From positions 93,455 to 157,454 of the forward strand of contig CAYXGG010000002.1 of assembly GCA_964464475.1 (NCBI GenBank): a stretch of 64,000 nt of DNA, read 5' to 3'. The DNA is from an uncultured Planctomycetales bacterium (GTDB taxonomy: Bacteria; Omnitrophota; Gorgyraeia; Zapsychrales; JAHFFX01). The notes beneath the pieces were generated by a model. That model did not search any database and had not been told where the DNA came from. It saw only the letters and a list, made by a program, of their open reading frames with translations. Position numbers and translations under genes: made by a program. Positions 38,546 to 48,440 of the stretch are shown one piece after another (positions within the stretch are counted from its first letter, which is position 1; each line of letters starts with the position of its first letter).

Positions 38546-40613
38546 CGAGCGCCCCTCGGATAATCTTGTCCTCGCCCCACTGTCGAGCAAAGCTTTCTGC
38601 GACGGTTTGAATCGCCACTTCACGAGTCTGCCCGTTTTTTAACTCATGCAATAAATGCTGCAGAAAGTTTCCCATCCGTTGCGCCGCCTGACCATCACGA
38701 TACGGGTCCAGTTCAGGCAAAAACGTTGACCAATTGCCCAATATTTTGCGCTCCTGAGGATCATGAAAAAATCGCTCAACATTATTCCAAAGCTCTTCCC
38801 AGGTTAGAAAGACTGACTTACCGATGCCTAATTGATATAACGGACTTTTGACCCAACCCTCGCGATCCAATAAAAAGGTGGGAACCCCAGACAGCGCAGA
38901 CTCCAGCCCCGCCGTCCCAGCCCCCAAACTTTCATGAATAGCCAAGTCCGCGGCCAACGCTGCTGCTGCCGGAGAATATGCGCCCTGCAAAGCCCCTTCC
39001 CGAAAAACATAACAGCGTCCGGTGGCCTCAGCCTCTAATAATTTCTGACTGACGCGACCTAAGCGTTGTATCAAATTACGCGGAGTCTTCGGCTTGATGA
39101 TTAAGCCTAACGTTGAATCTCTCAAAACCGCGTCTAGGACAAATTCATAATTTTCCTGAGTAAATTCATGCCCCGTAAACCAGCGACTATCATCCAGGGA
39201 GTTTTCATCAAAGAAAGCGACAATCTTTTTCGCTCCGGCCTGGCGCAAGCGCTGACGAAGCCCCGCGCACAAATCTTTTAAAGGAGCAAAACGATAGTCT
39301 CCCACATACCCAACCACCACATAATAGTTAAAACGCGACCCACCGGCTTTCTCCACCTCCGCGCTGCGCCGCGAGAACCCAAAGACGATATCGGTGGACA
39401 CCGCGGTTCCCGCCGATGGGTTAGACTCGTAAGCGCGTTGATACAGTGTGGCGACCCCGCCAACTTCCTTGAGAGCGTCAGCCATCACCATGTGCTGGGC
39501 ATCATATTTGTACCAGCTCGTTGTCAATTTAATATTATTTTCCCGAAACAGCTGTTTCCAATAATTCTTCAAACGGTAATAGGCTTGCGTTTGTTCCCAT
39601 AAATAAACGGATTCGTGAGTAGACTTGTCAAGCTTCAGCACCGGAAGATTCGCAGTTTGTGGCGTGAAGGTCACCGCCTCAGTCGCGGATAATAAGTTTG
39701 CCTGAGGAGTAAGCGCGATTGCGGATAAGCCGTGTCGATGCAACACTCTCCATTTGCTTTCATCCAAAGGATCTAACATAGAGTTAAACAACAGCGTAAC
39801 TTCTTCACCTCGCAAGCGACTTCCCTGCAGGAACAATAAATCCGAGTTGCATTCCGGCCGGTCCAGGTTCAAATACCCCCAATATTCCGTCGCCAATCGC
39901 GGTGGAGAAACAACCGGGGAAGGAGTCGACGGCAATATCCAAATTTTCTTCAAGTAATGCAACACTACTTTCTGGCAAGCTCGGAAATTCTTTAATTTGG
40001 GAAGCAGCTGTTTTATTTTCAGGAGAGGAGATTTTCGTGACTGAAAAGCACCACTAAGATGTAAAGTGACCTGCTGTGCCTGCGCGTAACGACTCAACTC
40101 GTCAAACCACGGCCGGTTATTAATAAATAGCCGCGCCGCCACGTTATCTTGCTGCCACGAGCTTAAATGCCAGCGCACCACGGCAATGAGCGTGAGCACA
40201 TGCCAGAGTTGGTTAAATTTAGCTGGCCCATTAAAATCATAGTCGCACACCGCGCCCTTGGCGAGAAATAGTGACAAACGGTCATCGGAAGGATAGTGCG
40301 CAAGGAACTCTTTGACGTGTGACGATGTCTCCAAGCTCGCCCGCAGCTGCGCCAAATCTTCATAAAGTAAACGAAATTGCAGCGACTGGCCCAATTCATC
40401 CCGTAAATCAACAATCTTAAAATCCAACTGCACCAATTGGATGCCTTGGGCAGTGGCCAGGGTGTTCAACGCGGGCCACTGCCCAGTCGCCACATCAAAC
40501 ACATGTAACCGCTTCACTCGCCGCTTCATTAATTCCGGCAAAATCACCTGCCGCCAATTGTTCACGGATAACCACTCAACAAAAATAACTTCGCTGGAAT
40601 CTCCCGCGTTCAT
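38538..40613 (-). CDS. large hypothetical protein with GT-B-type C-terminal motif (paralog of 36719-38545)
   Basis: 691 aa. HESLGAGTAGLESALSGVPTFLL matches the GT-B (GT1-like) nucleotide-sugar-binding signature. The N-terminal ~400 aa are unassigned. Confidence 0.45.
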   Translation of the reverse strand: MNAGDSSEVIFVEWLSVNNWRQVILPELMKRRVKRLHVFDVATGQWPALNTLATAQGIQLVQLDFKIVDLRDELGQSLQFRLLYEDLAQLRASLETSSHVKEFLAHYPSDDRLSLFLAKGAVCDYDFNGPAKFNQLWHVLTLIAVVRWHLSSWQQDNVAARLFINNRPWFDELSRYAQAQQVTLHLSGAFQSRKSPLLKIKQLLPKLKNFRACQKVVLHYLKKIWILPSTPSPVVSPPRLATEYWGYLNLDRPECNSDLLFLQGSRLRGEEVTLLFNSMLDPLDESKWRVLHRHGLSAIALTPQANLLSATEAVTFTPQTANLPVLKLDKSTHESVYLWEQTQAYYRLKNYWKQLFRENNIKLTTSWYKYDAQHMVMADALKEVGGVATLYQRAYESNPSAGTAVSTDIVFGFSRRSAEVEKAGGSRFNYYVVVGYVGDYRFAPLKDLCAGLRQRLRQAGAKKIVAFFDENSLDDSRWFTGHEFTQENYEFVLDAVLRDSTLGLIIKPKTPRNLIQRLGRVSQKLLEAEATGRCYVFREGALQGAYSPAAAALAADLAIHESLGAGTAGLESALSGVPTFLLDREGWVKSPLYQLGIGKSVFLTWEELWNNVERFFHDPQERKILGNWSTFLPELDPYRDGQAAQRMGNFLQHLLHELKNGQTREVAIQTVAESFARQWGEDKIIRGALDV

Positions 40614-42241
40614 TCTTTACTTCCTTCAATTGAATTATTTGACCGCTTTTCCCACCAGGACTTCAACAACCTTTTCTCCGGGCTTTTATAGAGCGGATCA
40701 AAACCGCGCGCTTTCAACTCACGCAAATGGAATAACACTACGTCACGGTCAAAACTAACCAAACCACACGCCCTTAAGTTGGACAGAATCTGAACAGAAG
40801 GCACCATTTCTTTCAAAAATCTAAAAACCTCGCTGGGGGGCGAACGGTCTTCACCCGTCGTCCATTGATAAAGACGGTCACGCCATTGATATTCATCCGA
40901 ATATAAAAAATAAATCTTCCCTACCGATATTCCTTCCAATAGCGCGATTAATCGGTCCACTTCCTGCCAGTCTTGCCCCGCCTTAATCGGAACCACCTGG
41001 GGGATTAACGCCGCTCCTCCCTGTATTTGCAAATGCGTCATGTAAACCAGAATGGTATCCGTCGGTTGCACGTTCTGTTTCAACCAGCGAATCGGCACCC
41101 GTAAATTATTTCGATCTAGATAAAAGTTACCGACCGATAGCAGCGTGTTAATCAGTAAATACCCGCTGATGAGAAACCTTTGACGATCCCTAAGTAAAGG
41201 TTCCGTGGCCAGCCTCCCCGCGAACCCCAAGACCGCGAGGATAATCGGAATATAAAAAAACCTGGAGAAAAAAACATGATTATGCGGCGTAAACAAACCC
41301 GTCGCGATTCCGGAAATTATCCCGGTCCAGTACAACCAAATCCAAAATTGGCGATGTCCGTCTTTAACCGACGTCGCTTTCCAAAACATACCCAAACAGA
41401 CCACATTAAGTTCTAATATAAATCTGCTCAGGCCCAGCAGATTATCCCAATACGTTACGAAAGTCCGTCCGATGACACGATTGCCAATAGATAATGAACT
41501 CATGGCGACATCATTGAACATCACAATGACCGGGGCCACCAGCAACAATAATCCGACCCCGGCCGCCACCAAGCCCCGATAGCGTTCCAACCACTCTTGG
41601 CAGCGTGATATTTTAAGAGCAGCGGCAATGAGTATGGCAAAAACCAAAATCTGAGCGTGCTGAATTTGCCAGTGATCAAGTATTGGAAAGAGAAAAGCGG
41701 CGCCCAGCAGTAACCCGCAAAATAAAACGTTGCGCCGAGGACCATGCAGCCAACCGTTCCACGCTTCCCAAAAAGCGAGGAAAGCGACCAGCGCCAAACA
41801 CGCCAACGGCGGATAAAAGCGAAGATACAAAGCTTTCTCCAACACCACCGCTTGACCTAAAAAAAAGATAACCACTAACGCCAATCCTAAAGCGGACAAT
41901 TGTTGACGCACGCGGGCATAAATTAAAAAAGCCCCCAACAGGAGCACAGTAAACACCAACGGAATCGCGCGCACCGCTAACAGCGATTCTCCCCCCCCAC
42001 GCATAACCTGCGCGGTCATCCCCGTCATGGTCAAAGCGCGGGTATATTCGTGTCCGTCAAATCGTCCCGTATCAAAATTCCAACAAACCGGACGGCCTTT
42101 TTCGATAAACCCCTTGGCCGCCTGCAAATGCGATACTTCATCTCCCCACAAAGGGAGAGACTGGGCTAAAAGTAGCCAAGCTCCCGCAAAAGCAACAATG
42201 ACGACCCCGAGAATAAAGTTTAAAGACGCGTCGCGATTCAT
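40610..42241 (-). CDS. GT-C family membrane glycosyltransferase (ArnT/PMT-like, GT83/GT39 type)
   Basis: 543 aa. At least eleven TM helices, an early periplasmic loop with a DE motif (LPLWGDEVSH) and a C-terminal periplasmic domain. Confidence 0.6.
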   Translation of the reverse strand: MNRDASLNFILGVVIVAFAGAWLLLAQSLPLWGDEVSHLQAAKGFIEKGRPVCWNFDTGRFDGHEYTRALTMTGMTAQVMRGGGESLLAVRAIPLVFTVLLLGAFLIYARVRQQLSALGLALVVIFFLGQAVVLEKALYLRFYPPLACLALVAFLAFWEAWNGWLHGPRRNVLFCGLLLGAAFLFPILDHWQIQHAQILVFAILIAAALKISRCQEWLERYRGLVAAGVGLLLLVAPVIVMFNDVAMSSLSIGNRVIGRTFVTYWDNLLGLSRFILELNVVCLGMFWKATSVKDGHRQFWIWLYWTGIISGIATGLFTPHNHVFFSRFFYIPIILAVLGFAGRLATEPLLRDRQRFLISGYLLINTLLSVGNFYLDRNNLRVPIRWLKQNVQPTDTILVYMTHLQIQGGAALIPQVVPIKAGQDWQEVDRLIALLEGISVGKIYFLYSDEYQWRDRLYQWTTGEDRSPPSEVFRFLKEMVPSVQILSNLRACGLVSFDRDVVLFHLRELKARGFDPLYKSPEKRLLKSWWEKRSNNSIEGSKE

Positions 42242-42242
42242 A

Positions 42243-43832
42243 TCAGGTAAATTCCCGAGTGATCACCCACGCCTCGGCATCGGGTTTTCCTTCCTTGAGG
42301 AGAAAATTCTGCACCGGAGCATCGGACAAATTCTCGCGTTCAAACCAACGACACGAAGGAACATACACAAATGACAATTTGGCCCCCATCGTCACGCGAT
42401 CTTCCGGCGATAATCCGGAAATCCTATCCTGAATCACGACCCGTCCCGCGGTCACGGTCACCGCTCGCCGTAAACGCGCGCCAGAAGATTTTTGAGCGAG
42501 AATCAATTTCTCTCTCAAGAAATCCTTGATCAATTTATTAATGAAAGCAAAACGGCCCAACGTTAATTGAAACACATTGAGTAAGATAACGTTAAACGGC
42601 GTCATCAAATTAGTTTTGAATTTCAGAAAGTCACCTTCCACCGTAAAGCCCTTGGCATCGACGTTCAAAATCGTGGTGGATTGATAAAACGCGGTGCATA
42701 GTTTTCTTGCGGCCACCAAGACCCCGCTGTCAGAAATCCGATGTCCCGACTTTAACGCGACGAAAGCACCAACTTTCTTTAAGCTCGCAATTAATTCCAG
42801 TTTATCCTGACGATAAATAACCACCCCCGCGTTGGGATAATAGTGAAACGCCGCAAAAACCCTCTGAGGTCGTATTAATTCTTCCACGCCATCCAACCCC
42901 GCCTGCAAATAGGTATAACCCACATACATTAAATAGCGGTCGTCCAGCGAATGTAAAGAAACACCGCGCTGATTAACTAATCCATCCCGGATGTTCCAGG
43001 CCACCCAAGCGGCATTTTTATCTCGGTCTGCCCAAAGTTCAAATCCGTGCGCGATCAAATATTCCGTGTCTCGGCTGGTATAAACTCCCCCTGCCGTCCC
43101 ATCGGAGAGAATGAACTCAGCCAAAAAAGCCATGGCCTTATTAACAACGAGAGTAATTTTCTCCGATTTTGTTTTTTGGACATATTTGGACAAATAATCA
43201 ATGGCGAGCGACAGATAGCCAATATCAACCCCGGCGTACTCCTTAAACCAGCCCTCCGGATCCTGACAGCTTGCAATCAAGTCTTCATAATGAAACGCGG
43301 CTTGGCGCAGCTCTTCATCCTGAGTCAGCTCAAACGTATTATGAATGGCTAACAAAGCACCCGTCTGCTGATTACATACACTTTTCTGATGGCGCGTCTT
43401 AAGCCACGTGGCCGAACGACGCAACCCGGCCACGGACGCGGCATAATTTCGGATACGCTCTTTACCTAGCAATAACAACGTTTCGGAAATGGCATAGGAA
43501 GAAAACGCGGTGGCCACATAACTTCCCTCGTGAACATACCATTCATTAAACGATCCGTCGGTTTCCTGCATGCCAATCCAGAAATCCACCATCGCGTTGA
43601 TCAACTCCAGCAGCAATGGCTGACCTCGATACGGGGTTGAACACTTGTCATAAAGCAACGCCAGAGTTAATACCGCCTCCTGATAACGCGCGTTGGGAAA
43701 ACCCACGACTTTATTGTGCCAGTAGTGTCGGTCCCCGCAGCCATAAGTCGGTAACCCGGGATTCGTGTTGATCTGCCCTAGCAAACGCGGCAACTGCGTT
43801 AAAACAGCGTCAAAATAAATCTGTCTACGCAT
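42243..43832 (-). CDS. hypothetical protein (about 530 aa, soluble; no family assignable)
   Basis: No recognisable motif; secondary-structure impression is alpha-rich N-terminus and beta-rich C-terminus. The ATG at 43830-43832 avoids a long overlap with the upstream gene; the ORF itself starts with TTG at 43853. Confidence 0.45.
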   Translation of the reverse strand: MRRQIYFDAVLTQLPRLLGQINTNPGLPTYGCGDRHYWHNKVVGFPNARYQEAVLTLALLYDKCSTPYRGQPLLLELINAMVDFWIGMQETDGSFNEWYVHEGSYVATAFSSYAISETLLLLGKERIRNYAASVAGLRRSATWLKTRHQKSVCNQQTGALLAIHNTFELTQDEELRQAAFHYEDLIASCQDPEGWFKEYAGVDIGYLSLAIDYLSKYVQKTKSEKITLVVNKAMAFLAEFILSDGTAGGVYTSRDTEYLIAHGFELWADRDKNAAWVAWNIRDGLVNQRGVSLHSLDDRYLMYVGYTYLQAGLDGVEELIRPQRVFAAFHYYPNAGVVIYRQDKLELIASLKKVGAFVALKSGHRISDSGVLVAARKLCTAFYQSTTILNVDAKGFTVEGDFLKFKTNLMTPFNVILLNVFQLTLGRFAFINKLIKDFLREKLILAQKSSGARLRRAVTVTAGRVVIQDRISGLSPEDRVTMGAKLSFVYVPSCRWFERENLSDAPVQNFLLKEGKPDAEAWVITREFT

Positions 43833-45195
43833 GATTTTTTTGTTTGAACTCAAAAGTTAACACGGCCAGCGACCCCCAACGAGTAGCGCGATCTCCCTGC
43901 CAACGCAAAATCGCGTCCAGGCAACGAGTGAAAAAATTCTCATGGCGTTCACGATGCAAATAGCTGGTCTTCCCACTTTTAAAATACTGAATCATCATCT
44001 GCAGGATCTGCTGAAAAAAAGCGGGAATGAGAAAGAATTCTTCCCGTGACAACTCACCCCAGCCGTGTCTGGTCAACACGCCTGACCACTGATTCAGGTC
44101 AATGGGCGCATACGGACCCCAAAAAGAATAAATTCCAGTTTTACGGATATCGTTACCAAAAAGCATTTTTAACAGCGCGTGAAAACAATTTAAGAACAGA
44201 TTATTTTTGCGCGCGATGATATATAGCTTGGTCCCGGGAAGAAGCTGGCCCGTTAACTTACGTAATAAATCCTCAAAAACAACTACCGAGATTCTTTCCG
44301 CTTTCATGACCAGGGTGACGCTTTGCACCGATGATAAAGGAACCTCTGCGGCCGCAAGATCCGAAAGCGTCAACATTCTTAATTTAAGGGCCGGCTCCAC
44401 GCGCTGTGCCGCTCTTTCCACGTATTGACCCGTGGCCGCGTTTAAGTTCAGCGAATACACTTCCTGACCTGCGAAATACTTCAAATAACTTCCGTCATAA
44501 GAAAACACATCCAGCACGGGACCCGACACCTTTTTTAACACCGCTTCAACTTTAGCCAACTCCGCCGCCGCATTAAGATCCATTTCCTTACCTAGGGTCG
44601 TTTTGCGACAGAAATATTGTTGGTAATCGGCCAACTGCTCCAAACTCCAATCCGCCGGAGAATAGGATTTACGGTATTCGCGTGTTGCATTAAATCCGTT
44701 AAAAGAAACCATCTCTTCAACGGGCCGACGAGGAATAACGGAAATATCGGCGTTGGTCACATCCGGGGAGTAGCCCAGTGCCACGAAAGCACAGATGACG
44801 TATTGTTGCGGAATGTTCAATAGCTTTTTGATGACCGTCGCGTTCCCAAAGCTATTCATGGCGGTTGATCCCAACCCCAATTCGCAACAGCGGTTGAGCA
44901 TATTCATGATCGCCATAGATCCAGCTTGGATCGCTTCCTTATAATTCCAGCCATCATACATAACGATGATAATCGCCGCGGCGCGGCGAATCAGCGTCGA
45001 AGAATAAGCCTGGGCAATGAGTTCGTCTTTGACTTTCGGATCATCAACCACCACAAAACGCCACAACTGCTGGTTGCAGGAAGTGGGTGCCGCAGCCCCC
45101 GCGCGTAGGATGTCATAGATCAATTCGCGCGAGACCGACTGATCGGAAAAATGACGAACGCTTTTACGTTTTAGTAATATATCCTGGAATTCCAT
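43825..45195 (-). CDS. nitroreductase-family domain fused to an uncharacterised ~300-aa C-terminal domain
   Basis: N-terminus MEFQDILLKRKSVRHFSDQ...CNQQLWRFVVV is the canonical NADH/flavin nitroreductase fold start. The remainder has no assignable motif. Confidence 0.65.
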   Translation of the reverse strand: MEFQDILLKRKSVRHFSDQSVSRELIYDILRAGAAAPTSCNQQLWRFVVVDDPKVKDELIAQAYSSTLIRRAAAIIIVMYDGWNYKEAIQAGSMAIMNMLNRCCELGLGSTAMNSFGNATVIKKLLNIPQQYVICAFVALGYSPDVTNADISVIPRRPVEEMVSFNGFNATREYRKSYSPADWSLEQLADYQQYFCRKTTLGKEMDLNAAAELAKVEAVLKKVSGPVLDVFSYDGSYLKYFAGQEVYSLNLNAATGQYVERAAQRVEPALKLRMLTLSDLAAAEVPLSSVQSVTLVMKAERISVVVFEDLLRKLTGQLLPGTKLYIIARKNNLFLNCFHALLKMLFGNDIRKTGIYSFWGPYAPIDLNQWSGVLTRHGWGELSREEFFLIPAFFQQILQMMIQYFKSGKTSYLHRERHENFFTRCLDAILRWQGDRATRWGSLAVLTFEFKQKNHA

Positions 45196-45199
45196 CGGT

Positions 45200-46177
45200 T
45201 TAGGAGACCGGATTAAAACCGATTTTCTCGGTGACCTGAGTGTCACCGGCTTGAGATTCAGAATTGCGGACCAGCAGTTCGGCAATCAACCCGAGTGAAA
45301 TAAACTGCACGCCCATGATGGTCATCATGATGCCAAAAGACAACAAGGGTCTGGTTCCAATGTGATGCCCACTGAACCAAACCAACGTCAAATAAAATAG
45401 TATCCCGCCACCGATCGCCGCGAACGCGAGCCCCACCCCACCAAATAAATGACCGGGCCGACGCAAATACCGCGTGATGGCGATGACCGTCAATAAATCC
45501 AAAAATCCGCGAATATAGCGTTCAAGACCATACTTGGATTTACCGTGTTTGCGCGGGAGATGGTTGACAACCATTTCCCCGACTCGAAAGCCCTCATGAT
45601 GCGCCAGAATAGGGATATAGCGATGCAATTCTCCATAAACTTTAATCGCTTTCAGAACGTCTACACGGTAGACCTTAAACCCGCAATTAAAATCATGTAG
45701 GGTCATCCCCGACATGGCGCGGGCTACGGCGTTAAAAAGACGTGACGGCAAGGTTTTGGATAGCGGATCATGACGTTTGAACTTCCAGCCAGAAACCAGG
45801 TCAAATCCTTCGTTCAATTTGTTCAGAAAATTAGGAATTTCCTGGGGGTCATCCTGAAGATCCGCGTCCATCGTAAAAATCACTTCCCCCCTCACCAAAT
45901 GAAATCCCGTGGACAACGCTTGGGCCTTGCCAAAATTCTTGCGAAACTTCACCCCCCGGACTATCCCCGGGAAATGTTTCACCAACGCCGCGATATTTTC
46001 CCACGAACCGTCGCGACTCCCATCATCGACAAAAATAACTTCAAAAAATCCCACCTGATTTTCTTTAACCACGTTGGAAATCTTCTCAAAAAGCGGCACA
46101 ATCGTCGCTTCTTCATTGTAAACGGGAATGACAAAACTGATAAATCGGGAAGAAAAAGCCAAATCGCTAGTTTTCAT
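45200..46177 (-). CDS. GT2 polyprenyl-phosphate sugar transferase (ArnC/DPM1/GtrB-like) with C-terminal TM helices
   Basis: FVIPVYNEEATI...FEVIFVDDGSRDGS...MDADLQDDP, plus two C-terminal TM segments. Confidence 0.8.
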   Translation of the reverse strand: MKTSDLAFSSRFISFVIPVYNEEATIVPLFEKISNVVKENQVGFFEVIFVDDGSRDGSWENIAALVKHFPGIVRGVKFRKNFGKAQALSTGFHLVRGEVIFTMDADLQDDPQEIPNFLNKLNEGFDLVSGWKFKRHDPLSKTLPSRLFNAVARAMSGMTLHDFNCGFKVYRVDVLKAIKVYGELHRYIPILAHHEGFRVGEMVVNHLPRKHGKSKYGLERYIRGFLDLLTVIAITRYLRRPGHLFGGVGLAFAAIGGGILFYLTLVWFSGHHIGTRPLLSFGIMMTIMGVQFISLGLIAELLVRNSESQAGDTQVTEKIGFNPVS

Positions 46178-46181
46178 AAAA

Positions 46182-47354
46182 TTAATTTGGGTGTGTGATT
46201 AATTTAATAACCTTATCTTGTTGCTCCACCGTCAACCCGACGGATGACGGCAAACTCACGGCCTCGGCGTATAACCGAGGCGCGACCTCAATCGCGTGCG
46301 CATAGCAGGAAGAAAATATTTTTAACCCGGAAAGCGGATGCCACACCGGACGGGCTTCGATCATGTTCGCTTTCAAACGCTGGATCAACTGACGGCTGGT
46401 TTCTTTATATTTCTTAGCGTTCACGCGAATTGTGTACAGCCAAGCATTCCACCGCGCTTGAGGCGAATCGGAAGGAATCAGAATCCCTTCTCGAGCATGG
46501 AAAGCTCGGTCATAACGCTGGGCCAAACGTCGCTTTGCCAAAACGAACTCCTCGAGCAATTCCATTTGAGCAACACCCACCGCCGCCTGTAAATTTGTCA
46601 ACCGGTAATTATAACCAACTTCCTCATGAATATATTCTACAGGATCGTTCTTGGCCTGGGTGGTTAAATACCGCACCCGGTCTGCCAATTTTGCGGATGA
46701 CGTGACCACCATGCCTCCTCCGCCGGTCGTGATAATCTTGTTGCCATTAAAACTAAAAATACCGCAGTCGCCAAACGTTCCGGTGTGTTGCTGCGCATAC
46801 TTAGAGCCCAGACTTTCGCTGGCATCCTCGATAACTTTCAAACGATAGCGCCGCGCTAATTTCAATAAGGGCGCCATCTCAACCGGGTGCCCCATGACGT
46901 GGACCGGCAATAGCGCCGAGACGTTTCGCTTAGTAACGGTATTAATGAGTTTACCGGCCTGCACGCGACATTTTTTCTTAAGAAAATCTTCCAGCTTCGC
47001 CATATCCAACTGCCAATAGCGATCTTCAACATCAATAAATACCGGCCAGGCCCCGCAATAACGAACCGCATTAGCGGGCGCCACAAAACTGATCGCAGGA
47101 ACAATCACTTCATCCTCAGGTTTGACTCCACACACCAGAAGCGCGACATGGAGCGCCGAAGTACCGTTAACACAAGCAACCGCGTGCTTCGCGTCGACAT
47201 ATTGCGCCACTTTACTTTCAAATAAATTTACGAATTTTCCGACCGATGAAACCCACCGAGTGTCCAGACATTCCTTCACGTAGGCCCATTCATTACCGCG
47301 GACCTCAGGTTCACATAGACCAATGGATTTATTCTTGTTCGAAAAATAAATCAT
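46182..47354 (-). CDS. DegT/DnrJ/EryC1/StrS-family PLP-dependent sugar aminotransferase (ArnB/LegC/PseC-like)
   Basis: Family hallmarks: NGTSALHVAL, FSFNGNKIITTGGGGMVVT with the Lys of the PLP site, 390 aa. Confidence 0.85.
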   Translation of the reverse strand: MIYFSNKNKSIGLCEPEVRGNEWAYVKECLDTRWVSSVGKFVNLFESKVAQYVDAKHAVACVNGTSALHVALLVCGVKPEDEVIVPAISFVAPANAVRYCGAWPVFIDVEDRYWQLDMAKLEDFLKKKCRVQAGKLINTVTKRNVSALLPVHVMGHPVEMAPLLKLARRYRLKVIEDASESLGSKYAQQHTGTFGDCGIFSFNGNKIITTGGGGMVVTSSAKLADRVRYLTTQAKNDPVEYIHEEVGYNYRLTNLQAAVGVAQMELLEEFVLAKRRLAQRYDRAFHAREGILIPSDSPQARWNAWLYTIRVNAKKYKETSRQLIQRLKANMIEARPVWHPLSGLKIFSSCYAHAIEVAPRLYAEAVSLPSSVGLTVEQQDKVIKLITHPN

Positions 47355-48430
47355 ATCTTCTTAACGTTCGGTATTTTTAAATCTTTCTGAACCTTTTGAT
47401 AATCCGCCGGTTTCCCGACATCAATCCAATACTCCTGAATGGGAAAACAAATCACGCGACGCGTAGCGTCAATCAGGCAACGTACCAGATCCGGCATATC
47501 AAATCTCTTACCGCGGGGAATATATTCAAACGCTTGCGGTTCCAGCAGATAAACCCCCGCATTGACCATAAACGCCTGTTGGGGTTTTTCCACCAAATCT
47601 TTAATCAAAATATCATCGGACTCGACCACGCCGTAAGGAATTTCCAAATCATATTTGCGCACGCCCACTGTCATCATCGCCGAGTGACTTTGATGAAAAT
47701 CCAACATCGTACGAAAATCCAATTGAGTCAAAACATCACCGTTAATAATCAGCACCGGCCCCGTCGGCTTTTCCATCAGGCTAAGCGCCCCGGCGGTTCC
47801 CAACGGTTCACTTTCATTAATATACCCGATGTCAACGCCGAACTTATTACCATCGCCAAAATGATTGACGATAACATCGGCCTTATAATTGGTGCTGATA
47901 TTGACCTTACGAATTCCGGAATTTTTTAAATGCTCAATGGTGTGCTCCATGAGCGGACGATCATTGATCGGGAGCATAGGTTTAGGCACTTCTTGCGTCA
48001 ACGGCATCAATCGCTGCCCTTTCCCCCCGGCCATGACCACGGCTGTTAACGGCAGCGGATGGTGGTCATCCGGAATCAATTCTGATAGCAGCGCTAACTC
48101 CCGCACCCGCCTTTGATCGTCCACCAAAGGAATCTGGCGCAGGACTTTTTCTTTCATTAAACGTAATAATTCTTCTGGCGCTGTCCCTACCGAAGCCACG
48201 GTGGGCGGCGGATGATGCAGCGACTTTAAACTGAGAACCTTGCTGACCCGAGTCCCTAAAGATACTTTATTTAATACCGCCCGACGAATATCTCCATCGG
48301 TAATGGTTCCCACCAGACGCTTTTTATCATCCACCACTAGCGCAATTCCCACCCCACCCGTTTGTAACGTCAGAATGGTTTTCTTGAGGGTTGTGTTAAG
48401 ACCGATTATTATTTTCTTAATGTTCTTCAT
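47351..48430 (-). CDS. CBS-pair domain fused to sugar-phosphate nucleotidyltransferase (PtmE-like)
   Basis: N-terminal tandem CBS domains, then AVVMAGGKGQRLMPLTQEVPKPMLPI, the NTP_transferase G-loop. Confidence 0.8.
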   Translation of the reverse strand: MKNIKKIIIGLNTTLKKTILTLQTGGVGIALVVDDKKRLVGTITDGDIRRAVLNKVSLGTRVSKVLSLKSLHHPPPTVASVGTAPEELLRLMKEKVLRQIPLVDDQRRVRELALLSELIPDDHHPLPLTAVVMAGGKGQRLMPLTQEVPKPMLPINDRPLMEHTIEHLKNSGIRKVNISTNYKADVIVNHFGDGNKFGVDIGYINESEPLGTAGALSLMEKPTGPVLIINGDVLTQLDFRTMLDFHQSHSAMMTVGVRKYDLEIPYGVVESDDILIKDLVEKPQQAFMVNAGVYLLEPQAFEYIPRGKRFDMPDLVRCLIDATRRVICFPIQEYWIDVGKPADYQKVQKDLKIPNVKKI

Positions 48431-48440
48431 GCTCGATTCA

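Noticed and set aside
47396-47929. 177-aa plus-strand ORF (similarly 45770-46198 and 7718-8179)
   Set aside because: These are antisense to well-supported minus-strand genes (CBS-nucleotidyltransferase, ArnC-like GT2, pgk). They have no motifs.
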